From Amoebophrya sp. A120 (lineage: Eukaryota; Protista; Dinoflagellata), in contig CAJINV010000003.1 of NCBI GenBank assembly GCA_905178155.1, forward strand, positions 1,825,348-1,889,347: 64,000 nt of DNA, in the 5' to 3' direction. Of the stretch, positions 23,345 through 37,045 are shown piece by piece. A program made the position numbers and the translations under genes. Every line of letters starts with the position of its first letter. The first letter of the stretch is position 1. The notes under the pieces were generated by a model, which worked only from the letters and a program-made list of their open reading frames with translations, ran no database searches and was not told the DNA's origin.

Positions 23345-25301
23345 CTAGCGCGCTGCGGTCTGCGCAGCCCCGTTACTAGTAGCAGTTGTAGCGTCCTCGA
23401 GCACCACCGGTGCGTTCTCGATCTCCACCTTTTGACACACGGCGGCAGCCAGAATGTTTTCTGGAACGTGGGCAAGCAACGAGTTGGGTGTTGGGTACGC
23501 AGACGGACACCAGCTGTATTTCTTTCTCACTGCCTCGGTCCGGTCCGCTAGCGGCGTGTCCCTTGCACTCTTCAGAGCGGTACGGCAGACGGAGAGGGTA
23601 CGCAAAGACAGCGGCACCACCCGCAACAACTGCGGATCCGACGCAACAGCTGTGTCGATTACTTCCGGCTCGAGGACCGCGAGGGCGACACGCGGCGACA
23701 TTGTCGTTCGGCCTTTGCGCATGATGTTGTTTGCACGAAAGTGGTACCACTCTTCCCGGACTTCCTCGTGGTTTGGCGAGAGCAGCTTCGCCATGAAGTC
23801 GACAAGGCAGGAAAACACGTACGGATTCAGTTCGACCAGTTTTTGCACCAACCTTTTCAGGTGTTCGCCATTAGATCGGGCAGCGAAGTTTTTGGCCGTC
23901 GCGACTACCTTTTATAGGAAAGAAAAAACAAACATGTCCACCTCAGCGTCTCTGTCTCATGAGGCGTGGCGTAGTGACAATTCCGTGTACCGTGATTCCC
24001 AATCACGATTGATCGCGATGTGAGTGTGGGAGTACAACATGTCGGCTAGGCAACGAAGCGCGTCAGATAAAAGCAAAATGAAAATCAAACAACAATATGC
24101 TCGTACACGGATGTAGGTAAACTGGTACTCATGTTCAATTTTAAACTCATGGATACAACGTACGCGTACCCGAGCATAGCTCAGAATAGTTTCGCAGTGA
24201 ATGTGAATCGGAAAGTGTTGCTGTGCTCTGATCAGATCGTGCAGAAACGTCGTCGTTTGCGTCAGGCGGCTATTCGCGATGGCAAGTCCGTGGAGGATTG
24301 GCACGCACATGCGACGAGTCAAATAGAACTCGTACGCTTGCTTGCCATCCGTAATGTGCGGGATCGAATCCAGGGCTGCATTCCAAGGAGTACGGGATCC
24401 AATACTAGGTACATCCTTTGGCGGGCGGTGCAGCAACATAAAAAAAATCCACCACACCTCCTCGTCCGAAATAAACCGGCTTCCCAAATCTTCATCGATG
24501 CCCTTAACCGGCACGTCATCGTCCAGAAATGAAAAGATGTGCAGTACGATTTCCGGTGGAATAGATTTCCGCGCTGAGACGGCTCGTTCAACGAGTTCTG
24601 CGCACCGATGACGCTTCAATGTCACGTAGGTGGTGTACGCCGAACTGCGTGACTGTGATGTTGTATCGGAAGTTTGTGTTTGAGTTTTTTATTTTTGATT
24701 TTTTGTGCAGTTGTAGTTGTTGCAACATGCTCATAGGCATTACATCCACCATCCGAATCACATAAGAGAGAGCACTCAATGCGCAATCAGTATAGCAATA
24801 GTCTCTCGTCCTTGGTAAATGATGAAGTACCTTTGTGTCGTTATCTGTTCTACAGCGCGGGGCGCGCGGGAATGCGTGAACAATGTTGAAAGCAGCCAGT
24901 GCATGAGCAGGCAGGTTCGCAGGCGGCGGGGGTCTTGGTTTCTTGCAGGTACAGCGAGACGTAAGGTGGTCTGCGACGAACTCCACCACATATCGGTCAA
25001 ATTCTTCACGGTAAAGCGGTCCTTCGTCATTGAACCAGACCGATGCATCGCTTTTCGTTTTCTGCTGCAGGTTGAGGTGCTGGTAATTGTCCCTTTCTTC
25101 ATACCGGTCTACAAACTGAAGAACATGCTGGTGCAACATCACAAAGAGGTCACAGAAAAGGCTGCTCTGAAGCCTTCCGATTTCCTTTGCGTGGTCTTTG
25201 TCGAAGAATTGCTTCAGTGCCTGCAATCTGCACTTCTTGGTCCCATCGATGGCGCTCGAGCGATCCGCTCCCGGCATTTCTGTCTCGTCTCGTCGTTCCA
25301 T
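23345..25301 (-). CDS. Hypothetical protein with F-box-like motif and C-terminal DUF4116-like repeats, 3 exons
   Basis: Phase-0 GT-AG introns at 24653-24830 and 23909-24169 join three ORFs. IPPEIVLHIFSFLD is F-box-like. AVASDPQLLRVVPLSLRTLSVCRTAL and LLAHVPENIL resemble DUF4116 repeats. Confidence 0.6.
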
Positions 25302-26530
25302 TTCTCCTGCTACAACTCAACCTACCGGGCTAATACTAGGAAAATTGACCAAGATCAGAAACAGAATTGATATTGAAATTGAATGTTCTACATAAGCAGC
25401 CAGGCGGACAGAGATGGTGGAGATTCGATTGAAATTGGCACAAGTAACTACAAAAGTTGTAAACAGATGGGAAAATTGCAGGGGAGTTTCGATTTGAGAC
25501 AAGAAGAATGCCTCTCAATACAAACAGAAAACTAAAACTAGCTGTAGCTTTTGAACTCGAATGCGGTTCGAGGCGTAGTTATATTTCTGTACCCCTGTCA
25601 TTTACATTTTATTTGAGAAGAAAAAAAGGAATCAGCTCCAGCACCAGGAGTTCCGGATTTCTGCACCTGCTACAAGACTGATAAGTCACGGATTCTTCAT
25701 GTTTTTGTTCTTCATATTAGAAGAACGCCACAGTCACGGAAAAAACGAGGAAAAACAAATCAACAAAACAAGAAAAACAGATGAATCGAATCAAATCTAG
25801 CACGGGACACAGCTGCGCAAGAGCCTGTACTTAACTGGGCCCAACAACAACCGAATCCCATATTCAACTCGCACTCTTTCCGCTTTGATGGCGATACTCT
25901 TGCCGATCTTCACTCGGGCGATTTTGTTAGCGAAGCTAAGCACAGCGAAAGGCCTCTCCTAGCTTCTAAATGTAAAAAATGCCCTGCGCAGCAAAAGGTT
26001 TCCACTCACAACTCTTTTGTCGATTTCGAATCCACAATTCATACATGCTCTTCGTGACTAAGTAACAGCAACGTGGTCTAGCAACGGATTTAGTTTCGCG
26101 CATTCTTGTCGTGCGATTCCGATTGCAGCAGCTGATGTAGTTCAGCACTGATCCACGTATCGGCTTCACTACTACGGTAGCTCGCGTCAGACGCGCTTTA
26201 AACTCAAAACTGGCACTGGTTATTTCGAGTTCGAGGCTGCTTTATTTACAACAGGGAAATGTTGTCCACAGCCACTTGTCAGCTTTCGTTTCATACACTT
26301 ACGCTTTTTGTGCATATAGAAATCGGAAAAACAAGAAAAAGCTCTGCTGCAGTTATTTCATTACCTCTCTGGTCATCATCCGTCATTATGTATCCTGAAG
26401 TAGCGAGGCGTGGACAAAGTTTAGGGCGTGCCCAACTTCTTAGTGCTACAACCAGCCGCGAAGCTCCTCTTCACTAATTCGTTTTACTGGCAGCCAGTTC
26501 GACGTCCTGCCTGTCACCCAACCGCAGATT

Positions 26531-29500
26531 TTACGATCCGACGCGAACTGAAACTCCAGCAATCAGACCGACTGCTCCATGGATAAGCCGTAGTCTGCCA
26601 GAAAGCATTGCACCATGTCCTGCATCCGTTGTTTGTGCATTTGCCGCAGCTTGGAGAGTTCGTCCTCGTGACCTGTTCATGTATTTTTGCAATTCCAATC
26701 TATTGGCATTGCGCATTCTTGAGCGCTGGTGCTGTTTATCTTAATTGCATTTTGGTGTCAGAATCCGTACGTGCTTGAGTGCATTGAAGTACATTGGCGA
26801 GTGGCTGGAAACCGAAACTTTGCTAGGTGGAAAAATCAAGGCCACAGCAAAAAAGTTTGTATGTAAGTATGAACAAACGAAGTAAACTCTACGTGCTTCC
26901 TGGTCCTCTAACTGTTGGCGCAGAACCGCGACTCGTGCCTGCGCCCGCCGAGCCTCATCCATGATTCCCCGTGCGTGAGACGCTAGCTCTGTCTGGAACG
27001 AAAGCGCCTCCTCCTCCGATGCTGGCAGCAAATTCGCGTAGGGATCGTCATTATTTGCTCCGTCTGCAACAAGAACCAAACCCACATGACTGCCATGAAC
27101 TGAACCGGAAAATGTTGGAACCACAGAAACGCCTTCGAGGCCCTCCTGTTTCTCAACACTAAAACGCCCAGTGCGAGAGACGCGACGGACCCGTGGTCCC
27201 TCGGATCGCGAGCGCCGTATCACTACATTCGATCTGCCTGCTCGTGGCGCCGAAAGAACACCGGCCGGCGAGACGCTTGCACTGGTGGTGTCCGCCTGCG
27301 TTGTCGTACTCGTGTCTTCATTCTGATTGCTCCGCGCGGACCCGAAAGGCATCTTTTCTACCTTCATTCTAGGCGTTGTGCCAGAAGCAGGGGAGCGGCG
27401 TGGTGATGATTGCATCGACCGGCGTCGACGGAGCGTTCCACTCGTTCTCGACCCATGCTGTCGTAGTTCTGACCGATGTAGGTCCTCTTGCCCAGACGGG
27501 GCACACGCAGTTGCGTAAACTGGATGGCGTGTGTTCAGGATTGGGATCACCGGACCGCAGGATTTACTACGACGGCTGCCAATCGTATCGCATCTTGTCA
27601 AATCAGCATCAGCATCTTTAGGATCATCTGCTCCTGGAAACCCAACGTTTACGCGTCGCGGGCGACGTACCACTCGACGAACGACGGACGGACGGTTTCT
27701 GTTTCCGCTCGCGGATACCGAGACGCTGCCCTCCTGCTCCTCCTCTGTCACTGTCATCACGCGTGTACTTTGATTTTCTGCACCGATTGGGAGGAGCCCG
27801 TTACTTTTCATTTCGCCTGGAGACGAGCTGTGCGGAGTCGAAACAGGCGGCGCCTGAAATTGGTTCCCTTCCGCCCTCGCTTCTGGTTCTGAAGGGGAGG
27901 CTCCTGCGCCTGCCGTGGGATAACAGGCGCACCACTCGAAGAATTGCTGGGAAAGAACGCGATTGCTGTAGGTCTTGTCCACTAGAGTTTGGAACAGTGC
28001 CCACGTTCCGTCCGCGGTGAGATTCAGTTCCGCCCGAAATTTTTCAACATCGACCGCAGGCACGAGCGCAAGAGTTTCCACGAACTCTCTCCCTCCGAGC
28101 GTCGCCTCTGCACGCGCCATTTGAACAACCGACCTGCCCCAGTTTTCGAGATTGATCACCGACGCCAGTGCGCGGCCGCAATGCGCGAGCGCAATCTCGA
28201 ACACTGATAAGGATACCACAGCCGTCTGCTCGCCCCGATAATTGGTTTTGCGGCCAGTCACGACATGTTCCGGAGCGACATCTTCCTGCCGCACTGACGG
28301 TGGTCTAGCCCGATGGGAAGCTTGCGACTTCTCCTCCAGCTCAGAGAATATGAATTCCGCCTCGTCCTTGTTTATGCCGAGTGCGTGCTGCTTGAAGAGA
28401 GAAAGCCATTCTCCTCGTGAGAGGTGTAAATCTTCTTGACCCGCGGGTTGTGTCCGCGAGTCGAGGAGCAACGAGCTGACGGAGCGACCGTTCAAACGGC
28501 GGCGGATGCGGCGCAGCAGACACCCGAGAACGCGAGGATCCTTCTTCCAAATGGTAGACAGAGGCTCCACAACATGAAATTGTTCATCAGCATTTTCCGC
28601 CTGGAGCGCTGCGTGATGATGTGATCGCAGATCGGTCACGGATGTGATTTTGGACGTCGAGGATTCTTGCAGCTCGAAGTCGCTTCGCTGAGACGGCGAT
28701 GGTGCGTTTACGGTTGGATGTGGATCAGGATCTCGACGAACCATGGCGTTATAGCAATCAGGACGGGAGCGAGCTCGTGCTTGGTTGCCATTCCGACTGC
28801 TTTTGGGTTGTGTCGACGATGGTGCAACATTTCCATCGTCCTGCAGGACAAGTCGGCCGTGTTCTTCCGGCTCCGACGATGAAGTATCTTCATCTAGGCC
28901 GAAAGGATTCAGTGCGAGGTCTCGCTCTGATTCGGGTCCCGCCTCCAGAGCCAAGCTCGCGTCGGGCTCTCCTATGTACGAACTCTCCTCAGCCTCGAGC
29001 ATCGCAAGAGCCGACGTCCTCTGCCCCGATGCTCTTCGCCTTCCCGTCGACGGAAGTGGTATCAGTTCCTCGAGCGGTTCGAGCCTCCCGCCGCGTCGAC
29101 CGGCAGCGGGACTGCTTGACTCCAGGTTGTCGAAATCCAACCGAACGAGTACCGGGGTGTTGCTACGTTTCTGATCCGAAAGCCGAATTTGACCGCTAGG
29201 CGAAATGTGGCGCTGGGAGGGCGAGGTATCGAAACCGCACGACGCTGCAAACGTGGAATTTCCGTCAGCTCGTGGGCCGGCGGTTGTAGACCACTGTGGC
29301 AGTCGCCTAGCAACACTCTGCTGGCGGGAACTGCTCGAATTGATAGCATCTCCTTTTCGACGTGGAGGCGACTCGAATACAAAGGCGTCGGTGCCAACGT
29401 CGCAGCTCCGCCGAGGCGTGCGGGCTGCAACAGTGCTTGACGAATCAAAGTGATTTGATTCTAGCACCGCCGCCTCCTCGTCTCCGCACTCTGATGATGG

Positions 29501-32500
29501 GCAGGAGCGAATTATGTCGGTATCCCGATTGTTCCTTGCCTTGTGTTCGGCAAGTCTCCGGCAGCGGTCTTGTTGCGGGGTGTCTTCCCTTGTATCCATG
29601 CAGTGGTCAGTCGCTTCTGCAGCAGCGGTATCTGAGGTGGCGTCGAATGAGCATGACGACGCCGCGCTGCGGCAATGACGGCGGCCTTGCTGAGAACAAG
29701 CTGCAGCTGCTCTAGTAGAAGTACTTGCAGCGTTTTCATCATCTACAGAGGTGCTTTCTAAAAAGCGGCGCACGGAAGAAGACAGGTAGAAGCCTCCAGA
29801 AACGATGCGAGGTTTCGAACAAGAAGACGCTTCCATTGGTCGACCGGCGGTCGTGGTCGGTTTTCGTGGTGATCTGGAGTGCTCAGCAGCTTGCAATTGG
29901 TCGTCGGGAACGTCTTCTAGTGTGAGGGGGTCATGGTCCTGTGTTCCCGGCTGATACGTCACTCTCTCGGGCGCCGTTGCCCGAAGAACAATCTGCCGTC
30001 GCGGTGTGCGGCTTGCACGATCCTGCAGCTCCTGCGATGTTCGCAACAGCTCTGACTCAGATGATTGCGGCAGACGCACCGGCGTGGAAGCGACCGGAGC
30101 GGCTTCCACAAGGCGGGTCGCGCACGGCGTGCGCTCGTCTGCTTCTGTCACTGCGGTCCACCTTCTAGTGTCCTTTGCAGAGCCGGCCGTGTCAAAGAAT
30201 GAGCGGCAACTCGGCAAAGCACCCGGACTACTTCTCTTTGGCCTCTCCGGATCTTCCTCTGGGCGCAGCGAAGTGGAAGGTGACCCGAGTCCGAACGCAT
30301 TGTCGTCCAAAACGATCAATCTGTCGCCGTCCTGCGACCTTGTAGGCTCAAGGCAACGTGTCACGCGGCCTATCGTTGTCTCGCGCAAGTTGCTTAGAAA
30401 GGCCTCCTCGGTCGCAAGCTGCGATGCCAGTTGCACGTTTGCGCTACCCGTCTCCTTCTCCTTCCCCTGCGCAGGCTTAACCGGAGTGCTGCAATTTCTA
30501 CCTCTTGCAGTTTGGAGCTGGAGGAGATCAGGTTCTACCACCTGCTGGTCGGTCAATCTCGCGGTGGCCCGCCCCGTCGTTTCAGTCCCTCCGGTACTGG
30601 TGCAAATCGATGAGGACGCGTGGCTTCGTGTGGTAGACGCGCGCGTGCTAGCGCTCGCACTATACAACGACACGGCGGAACAGCTCGAATTCGAAACGAT
30701 CGAGTTGCCGCACACCACCCTTCGAGAAGTGCTCGCTGCAGACGAAACTAGGGAGCTGCTGCTGGGGGAGCTACATACCGGCGCACCGGGCTGCAAATCC
30801 ACCAGGGTCTCACCAATACGTAGTGATGCTGTTGCATTGTCAACTACACTGGCGAGGAGCGACGTTCGCGAAATCGAACTCTGCAGCGTGTCCGCGTCGT
30901 GCAAAGCGGGTCGCAGCGTGTTCTCGTCGGCCGCGTTGGACTTTCCTGGCGGCGTGAAGTACCGCAGTCTCTCTTGATGTTGATGCTGATCCGCATGTCC
31001 TCGCATCGCCGTCGTAGTGCCCTCGCTATCGATAACGCCCAGCTTCGCATGCTGACGGTTGCGAGTCGGGGGTGTGATATCGCTGCAGTGTCGATCACCA
31101 GTGGCGCTATCGCTATGAAGATCAGCATGACGGTGCGCAGAATCCTCAATACCCTTCTTGCCCGCGCTGCTTTTTCCGCCTGAGGAGCTGGCGCTTTTCG
31201 ATGTGCGAGAAGCAGAAGTTATTTCAGTCAAGTGGCAAAGCGCTGTGACGGGAGTACTTTTTTCATTTTCAGCCGGACTGACGCTGGCCTCGATCGTGGA
31301 TTTTTTCTCATTGGAGCCACTGTCGCTGTTGACGCTCTTCCGTCGGACGATGGGCCGATCCGAGAGCGCGCCTCGAGTTTGAATCGGCGACAAGATTCGG
31401 GATGACGACGAAGAGCACCGAAAAACGATGCTGCTTCTTAGAGCAGGGGTCGATGCATCTACAGGCGAGGCAACAGCACTACAGGCGGTCCTGGTCGTAC
31501 TGGAACTTGTAGCGTCGCCCTTCAGCGCAGATCTGCATTGGGTTGTGCTAGAGACGCTACTGCCGCTCAGCGGATCGCAAATGACAGGTCGCTGCAATCG
31601 TCCGGGGCGGGGGCTTTCTGCACTCCTCGTGTCTTCTTCGAAATCCCTTCTGGTTTCGCGCTTTTCCACACCATCCTCAAGTTTTGCGAGCGGCTCGTGG
31701 GCATGCTGCGGACGCGGTGAAAAAAACGTTCTCGCAGAAGTACCATCATCGACATCGTCGTGCTGGTGTTGCTTGATGCACGAGCTTTTGCCATGACCCC
31801 CAGAGGATGCAGCAATGATCGTGTCAGGCGAAGTTCCTGGAGAATCAGTCAAAGCAAACGCCGCTTCAGCCCTGCCTTTCGTCGGAGCAGTGCGGAGCTG
31901 TAGATTTTCGCGCAAGGACGCTGGACTGCTCGGTGTCAAGGGTTGCGCGACGACGTGGCTGCTGACCTGCGCGGACAGTGCGGCAGCGGCAGCTCGCTCC
32001 TCCCGGAGCCGACGATTCACAATCGCCTCTATTCGATCGTCGAGACAACTCTCGGCCACCTTCTCGGTCTGGAAATGGTGCTCGTGTGGAGGTGTCCTCC
32101 GCCCCGCACTACTGCTGCTCGACAAGGCGGTTGCTCTGCTGATATCGTCTTCAACCTGTACTTGGCTGCGCTTCCCCACCACTTTTGCGCCGTGCAAATC
32201 TGGTGACGGCAGGTGTAGCCGAGGAACAGGCGAGCGTTTATTTCCTGCGTCCTTGCTTGTGTCTGCGTCGACCACGAGTGGGCCCAAAAGCGGAACCCGC
32301 CCGGAGCTATAGCTTGAAGCAGTGTATTTGTGGGCTACATCATCAAAACGGAAGCCGTCTGGCGTCCTTGCAGCGTCCTCCGGGGACGCAGGTGAGTCTG
32401 CCGTTTTCCTCGTGGAAACTAATCTTGCTTCATTAATTTCGTCGGGGGACGGTGATAAGTTCTGGTGCCATGATGAAACCGAGTTCGACATCAACGTAAC

Positions 32501-35500
32501 GTGGTTGTTTCTCCTGCAGCTTATTGTAGCAGCTGAAAGAGCATCAGCATCGTCCCTCGTCTTCTGATCGTCTGTACGCTGTGCTTGCCCTTCCGGTGAA
32601 GTTTGGGATTGGGCACGTTCCTGATCTCCGTATTGCTGCGCGTCCCGTGGTCTGCTAGAGGATGATCGCAAGGCGTCGTCGTCGACCTGCCCCCGAAAGA
32701 CTGATGCAGGCGTTAGCTGGGCGCTAGAAGAGCTGACCACTTCGTCCTCCTCCTCAATTTTGTGCAGAGGATAGGCCGACGAGGCCGGTTCGGGTTCCTC
32801 GTGACCCGGACAAGGTTGAGACGGTGATGCTGCCGCGCCATCTGGTTGTGGACTAGATGAGCCTTCACCGTCGAACGAGCCCAGAGCACCCTCCGACGTC
32901 GCCCTGTTGCGGGTCCCGCAGGTAAGCTGGTCCGTGCCCTGGCCGCTGATGCCCCAACGCCCTCCTTCTTCTTGTGACACAAATGGCCTTTGAAAACGCG
33001 GCACCACCGTTGCGTTTTCGCCACTAACCTTCTTGCCAAGGCCGGAATCGCTCTGCACCTGCGATCCAGGGAAACTGCGTAGTTGCACACCAAGTTGTAT
33101 CCCATCCTCGGCATCGGAGGACAAGCGCAGCAGCGAATGATCCAACTGCTCGTCATCTTCGTGACTGTTCATTCGAAAGCGCGGGCTGCGACTGCGCGCA
33201 CTCTCATTGTTGTTCTCGCTGCTGCAGACCGTCGGGGACAGATCGCTGTTATCGAACACTCCGGCGTGGTTTCTGCCCTTGCTGCTACTTTTCGGCTGCA
33301 GCGGCGGATCCAAACCGGACGCAGTACGCGAAACTACGCCTGGTGGTGGCGTTATACCGGACAAACTAATGTGGTGTGCGGTTTCACTGAGACCCGAGAG
33401 GCGGCATGGGTGCAGACAGGATGCTTCCTCCTGTTCCTCTTCTCCATCCGTCTCAGTGCCCCCGTATACGCGGTCCAGAAACGGAGACATCGGCGATAAT
33501 AGCTTGTTGCCCTCTTCTGCGAAAACGAAGCTGTCTTTGGGAGCACCCTCAGCGTCGTGGTACAGGTACTGGAACGACGTACTTTGCTCAAGGGAATTTC
33601 GGCAGGATTCTCGCCTGGAGCCCACTCGGCCAGCAAGTGCGAATGCCGACTCTGGTACGCGACTCGATGCCAATCTTGTGTCCGATTGCGCACTTGTTGA
33701 AAGTTGTTCGACGGCTGCAGCTGATATTTCTTCACGAGTTACACTTACACCTTGGTCTGTTCCTTCGCTGGACGTTGCTGCGCCATCACTTTCTGCTGTC
33801 AACGAGGACTGTGTTACAGGACACACACCGCACGTTGATGCAGCACCCTGTCCAATAAAGACCTTGAAGCGATCTTCTACATCTCGGTGTTTTACTTTTT
33901 CTGAAGTCGCACTGCCAGCTGCAGCTTCGCTCGTTGGGGTCGGATCCCGGTCGTCAGCGACCTTCGCAAAATCAAGCTCGGAGTAGTCTTGGTCTTGCAT
34001 TTCGTTGTGCAGCGGGGTGATGTCCTCTTCGTCGGGAGCGCACTCGGAGGCTGACACATCTAGATCTCCAGCGCATCGTGGCTCCAAACGCGGGTGCTCA
34101 GGCGTCGTCACGACGGCTGCCCCGGCGCATCGTGGCTCCAAACGCGGGTGCTCAGGCGTCGTCACGGCTCCCGCGTTCTCCTCGACTAGACCTGCACCGA
34201 TTCCAAAAGTCGGGGACCTTTGCACCACCGCTGGCTCCTTTTCCGTAGAACCCGGCACGCTGCCGTGGTGCGAAGACGTTGGCGGTGACGATCCAGAGTA
34301 CGCTAGAGATGACGTCGTCGACATGGGAGTGCGACCTGCGAGCGGAGACTTCTTCGAGTTCAAACTTACCCGCGCGCTTCCGGATCCGACCTGAGAACCC
34401 CTTTTGTTTCCGCTCCGGCTTCGGATTTGATGATCCGCCTGGTCCTCGCCGAGACTACTTCTGGGCAGCAACGGGGGCGTTCTGGTTGCGGAGTCTTCAC
34501 GCGTGCAGCTGCTGCCGCGCGAAGAAGAGGTCAAACCGGCAGCCGCTGCTCGTTGCTTGATCTGCTGAATGCGCTCCAGTGCCACCTGCAACGTCGACGG
34601 CTCCGTTGCGTTTTTGCCGGCTGCACTGGAAAATGTTGCCGCCGCGGAAACCGCCACGGTAGAAGTCCCGTGCCCCTGCTCCTCATCCTTCTTTATCGGC
34701 GTCACGACACTAGATCCGTCATGCGGCATCCACAGCGGACTCGATGTCAGGTTCTCCTCACGCGCGCGTGCTGATTCCGCACAGCTATCTTGACGGGGTG
34801 TCACATGCTCATCTCCACTAGTACCTCCTTCAGTCAAGGAAGGCAAGAAAGTGCTCGAATTGGTCGGAAACACAGACGCATCTTCGCGTCGGTTCTCGAC
34901 AATCGTAGTGCAGTTTCGAGCGGGATATGGACGAAGATCGCTACCTCTGACGTCTTCCTCTCCTTCGGCAGCAGGAGAAAGCTCGAGGCGAATTTGCGGG
35001 CTCACTTGCAAATCCGGACCGAACGTCATGTCTGTCTCAACCATGCTGCAGTCGACCTCTTCCAGACAATAGGTCACGTCGCGGCAAAAGTCTGCCACCT
35101 CCTGTTCCCTAGTGGAGGCTGTAGAATCAAACTCATTTTTTCCGCCCGACGTCGCGAAGGTTGTCGAGTTCCCTTCGCTGCCGTCTAGTTGATTTTGATA
35201 CCTTGCAGAGTGAGCGTCGCTGGAAACCAACTCACAGTGATCCTCCTGCGGGCCAGTCGTAGTCCCAACGCTGTTCCTGAACAGTGATGCTGATGCGCCG
35301 GAAGGAAAGCCGCCCGCGGCGTCGCCACGTACACCGGTTCTGTTCGTGCTTGTAGTGGCAGGAGTTACGCCCGTCTCTAACTTGGGCGAGCTTGCGCTTA
35401 TCCTCGTCCTGCCAAAGCGTGGTGGCGCGCTACCAAATGGGGAAGCGCTTGCTGGGGTGACCGGCGAACTCTGACGACTGCGAGCAAGCACCGGCTTCCT

Positions 35501-37045
35501 GATGGCCTTCTGCTCCCCAGAAGGTCGCAGATAGCTACTTCGTTCTTCGAGGCCACGTGTGTGTTGAGTTTGGTCATTTATTTCGTCTCCAGCTTTATCC
35601 TTATCGTCGCAGGACACGACTTCTACATCAGCGAAAGGAAGCCGTGAATGGTCGATTTCGTTGTCGGCATTCGATGACGCAAAAGATGAGGGTCGCCCAA
35701 CAGGCTGCCGCCTGTCGAATGCATCAAAAATGCCGCTGCCACCAGAACGTGGAAGTTCTGCAGGCCTCCGTCTCGCAGATGATGAAACGGGGGACGATAG
35801 CGCCGATTGCGATACCCCGGCGGCTTCGTCTATTGCTGGTGGCGAAGTGTGAGGGGTTGGAGGGAGCGAAGCGCGACTGTCGCGACTCAAGGGCGAACAA
35901 TTTGCACCGGAAAAACGCCCCTGGTGACCAGGACGGGAGGGAAATCCTGATGCCGATGGTGCTGAATTTCCATTAAGAGGGGAACTCACCCGCGCCGCGG
36001 CAAAACTTTCCTCCATCTGACTCTGGTCAGCACGTGAAGACGCGCAGGAGGATGCCGGGGATATGCTGATGTTTGAGTAGAAAGACTGGTCGTGGCTGCT
36101 GTGCAGGAGGTCGTGCGTGCCGCTGACGTCCAGCAAATTTGCCCCCTCTGGATCCTCCGTTTCCACTGATGCGCCGGGGTCAACGTCGTGGATCGTCTGC
36201 TCCAGGTGGCAAAGCCCATTTAGAAGTGCGTCTTTGGTGATCCCGCGCGAGGCGCCGGCGCCCCGGTCGACGAAGGCATTCCATAATCGCCGTGCCTCGA
36301 CCAGACCGCAATATCGTTCCTGAAAAGCGAGAATCTCTTGAAACTCGGCGCAGGAAAGTTGGCCGTCCTGCAGCACATCCATTTTCTCAAACGCCTGAGA
36401 CACCGATCCGAAGCGCTGCTCAAAGAAGGCCTTCAGCTTCGCGCGCTCGAGGTCCGTCACGTGCGAGTGGCTACTTCGGCGCGGTCGGCTATGTCGGCTA
36501 GAGCGCGCCGTGATACCACTGCCTGCAATGCCGGACTGGTGGTTGCTCTTTCCGATCGCAGCTCGGTGCTGCTTGCGACCCCTAGCATGGTGGTTGGGCT
36601 CCGAGGAAGACCTGGCAGCAGATGAGGAACTCGAGCTGCTCGACGAAGCAGATGAGGTTCCCCGTGTAGTACTGCTGTCATCGCACCGCCGCGTACTCCA
36701 TGAACAACCGGTGGTAAGAACTGGCAACCCCGCAGCGCGTGGACTCTCACGACCAGAGTTCATCGACCCGTCGCCCATATCTGGTGCCGATGCTGGTTTG
36801 ATCACCCGAAGCAGCGGTAACCCGACGTTGGCAATTCTTGTTGTTCGAGTTCGTCTTTGTTCTTGCTTTACGTTACGGGTTGCTCTCACTGGCTGCAAGA
36901 GTTTCAAGATGTAGTTGCCGCAAAGCGAAATAAGTTGTAGTAGCTCTGTCGCTGGAAAGAACCAAATGACGGTGGAGAGGCTTCTGCGCCGACAGTGTCC
37001 CCTTGTGGAGAGTCGCCTTCGAAAAAGAAGACCGGGGCTGGGCAA
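26531..37045 (-). CDS. Very large (~3400 aa) Ser/Arg/Pro-rich disordered protein with EF-hand-like regions
   Basis: It is an uninterrupted 10.3-kb ORF with an N-terminal AFEKMDVLQDGQLSCAEFQEIL EF-hand-like loop and a helical region near 28000-28550. A last intron near 26730-26885 probably leads to a short terminal exon. Confidence 0.75.
34071..34166. repeat. Coding tandem duplication, 54-bp period (VTTPEHPRLEPRCAG x2)
   Basis: gcgcatcgtggctccaaacgcgggtgctcaggcgtcgtcacg occurs twice. Confidence 0.85.
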
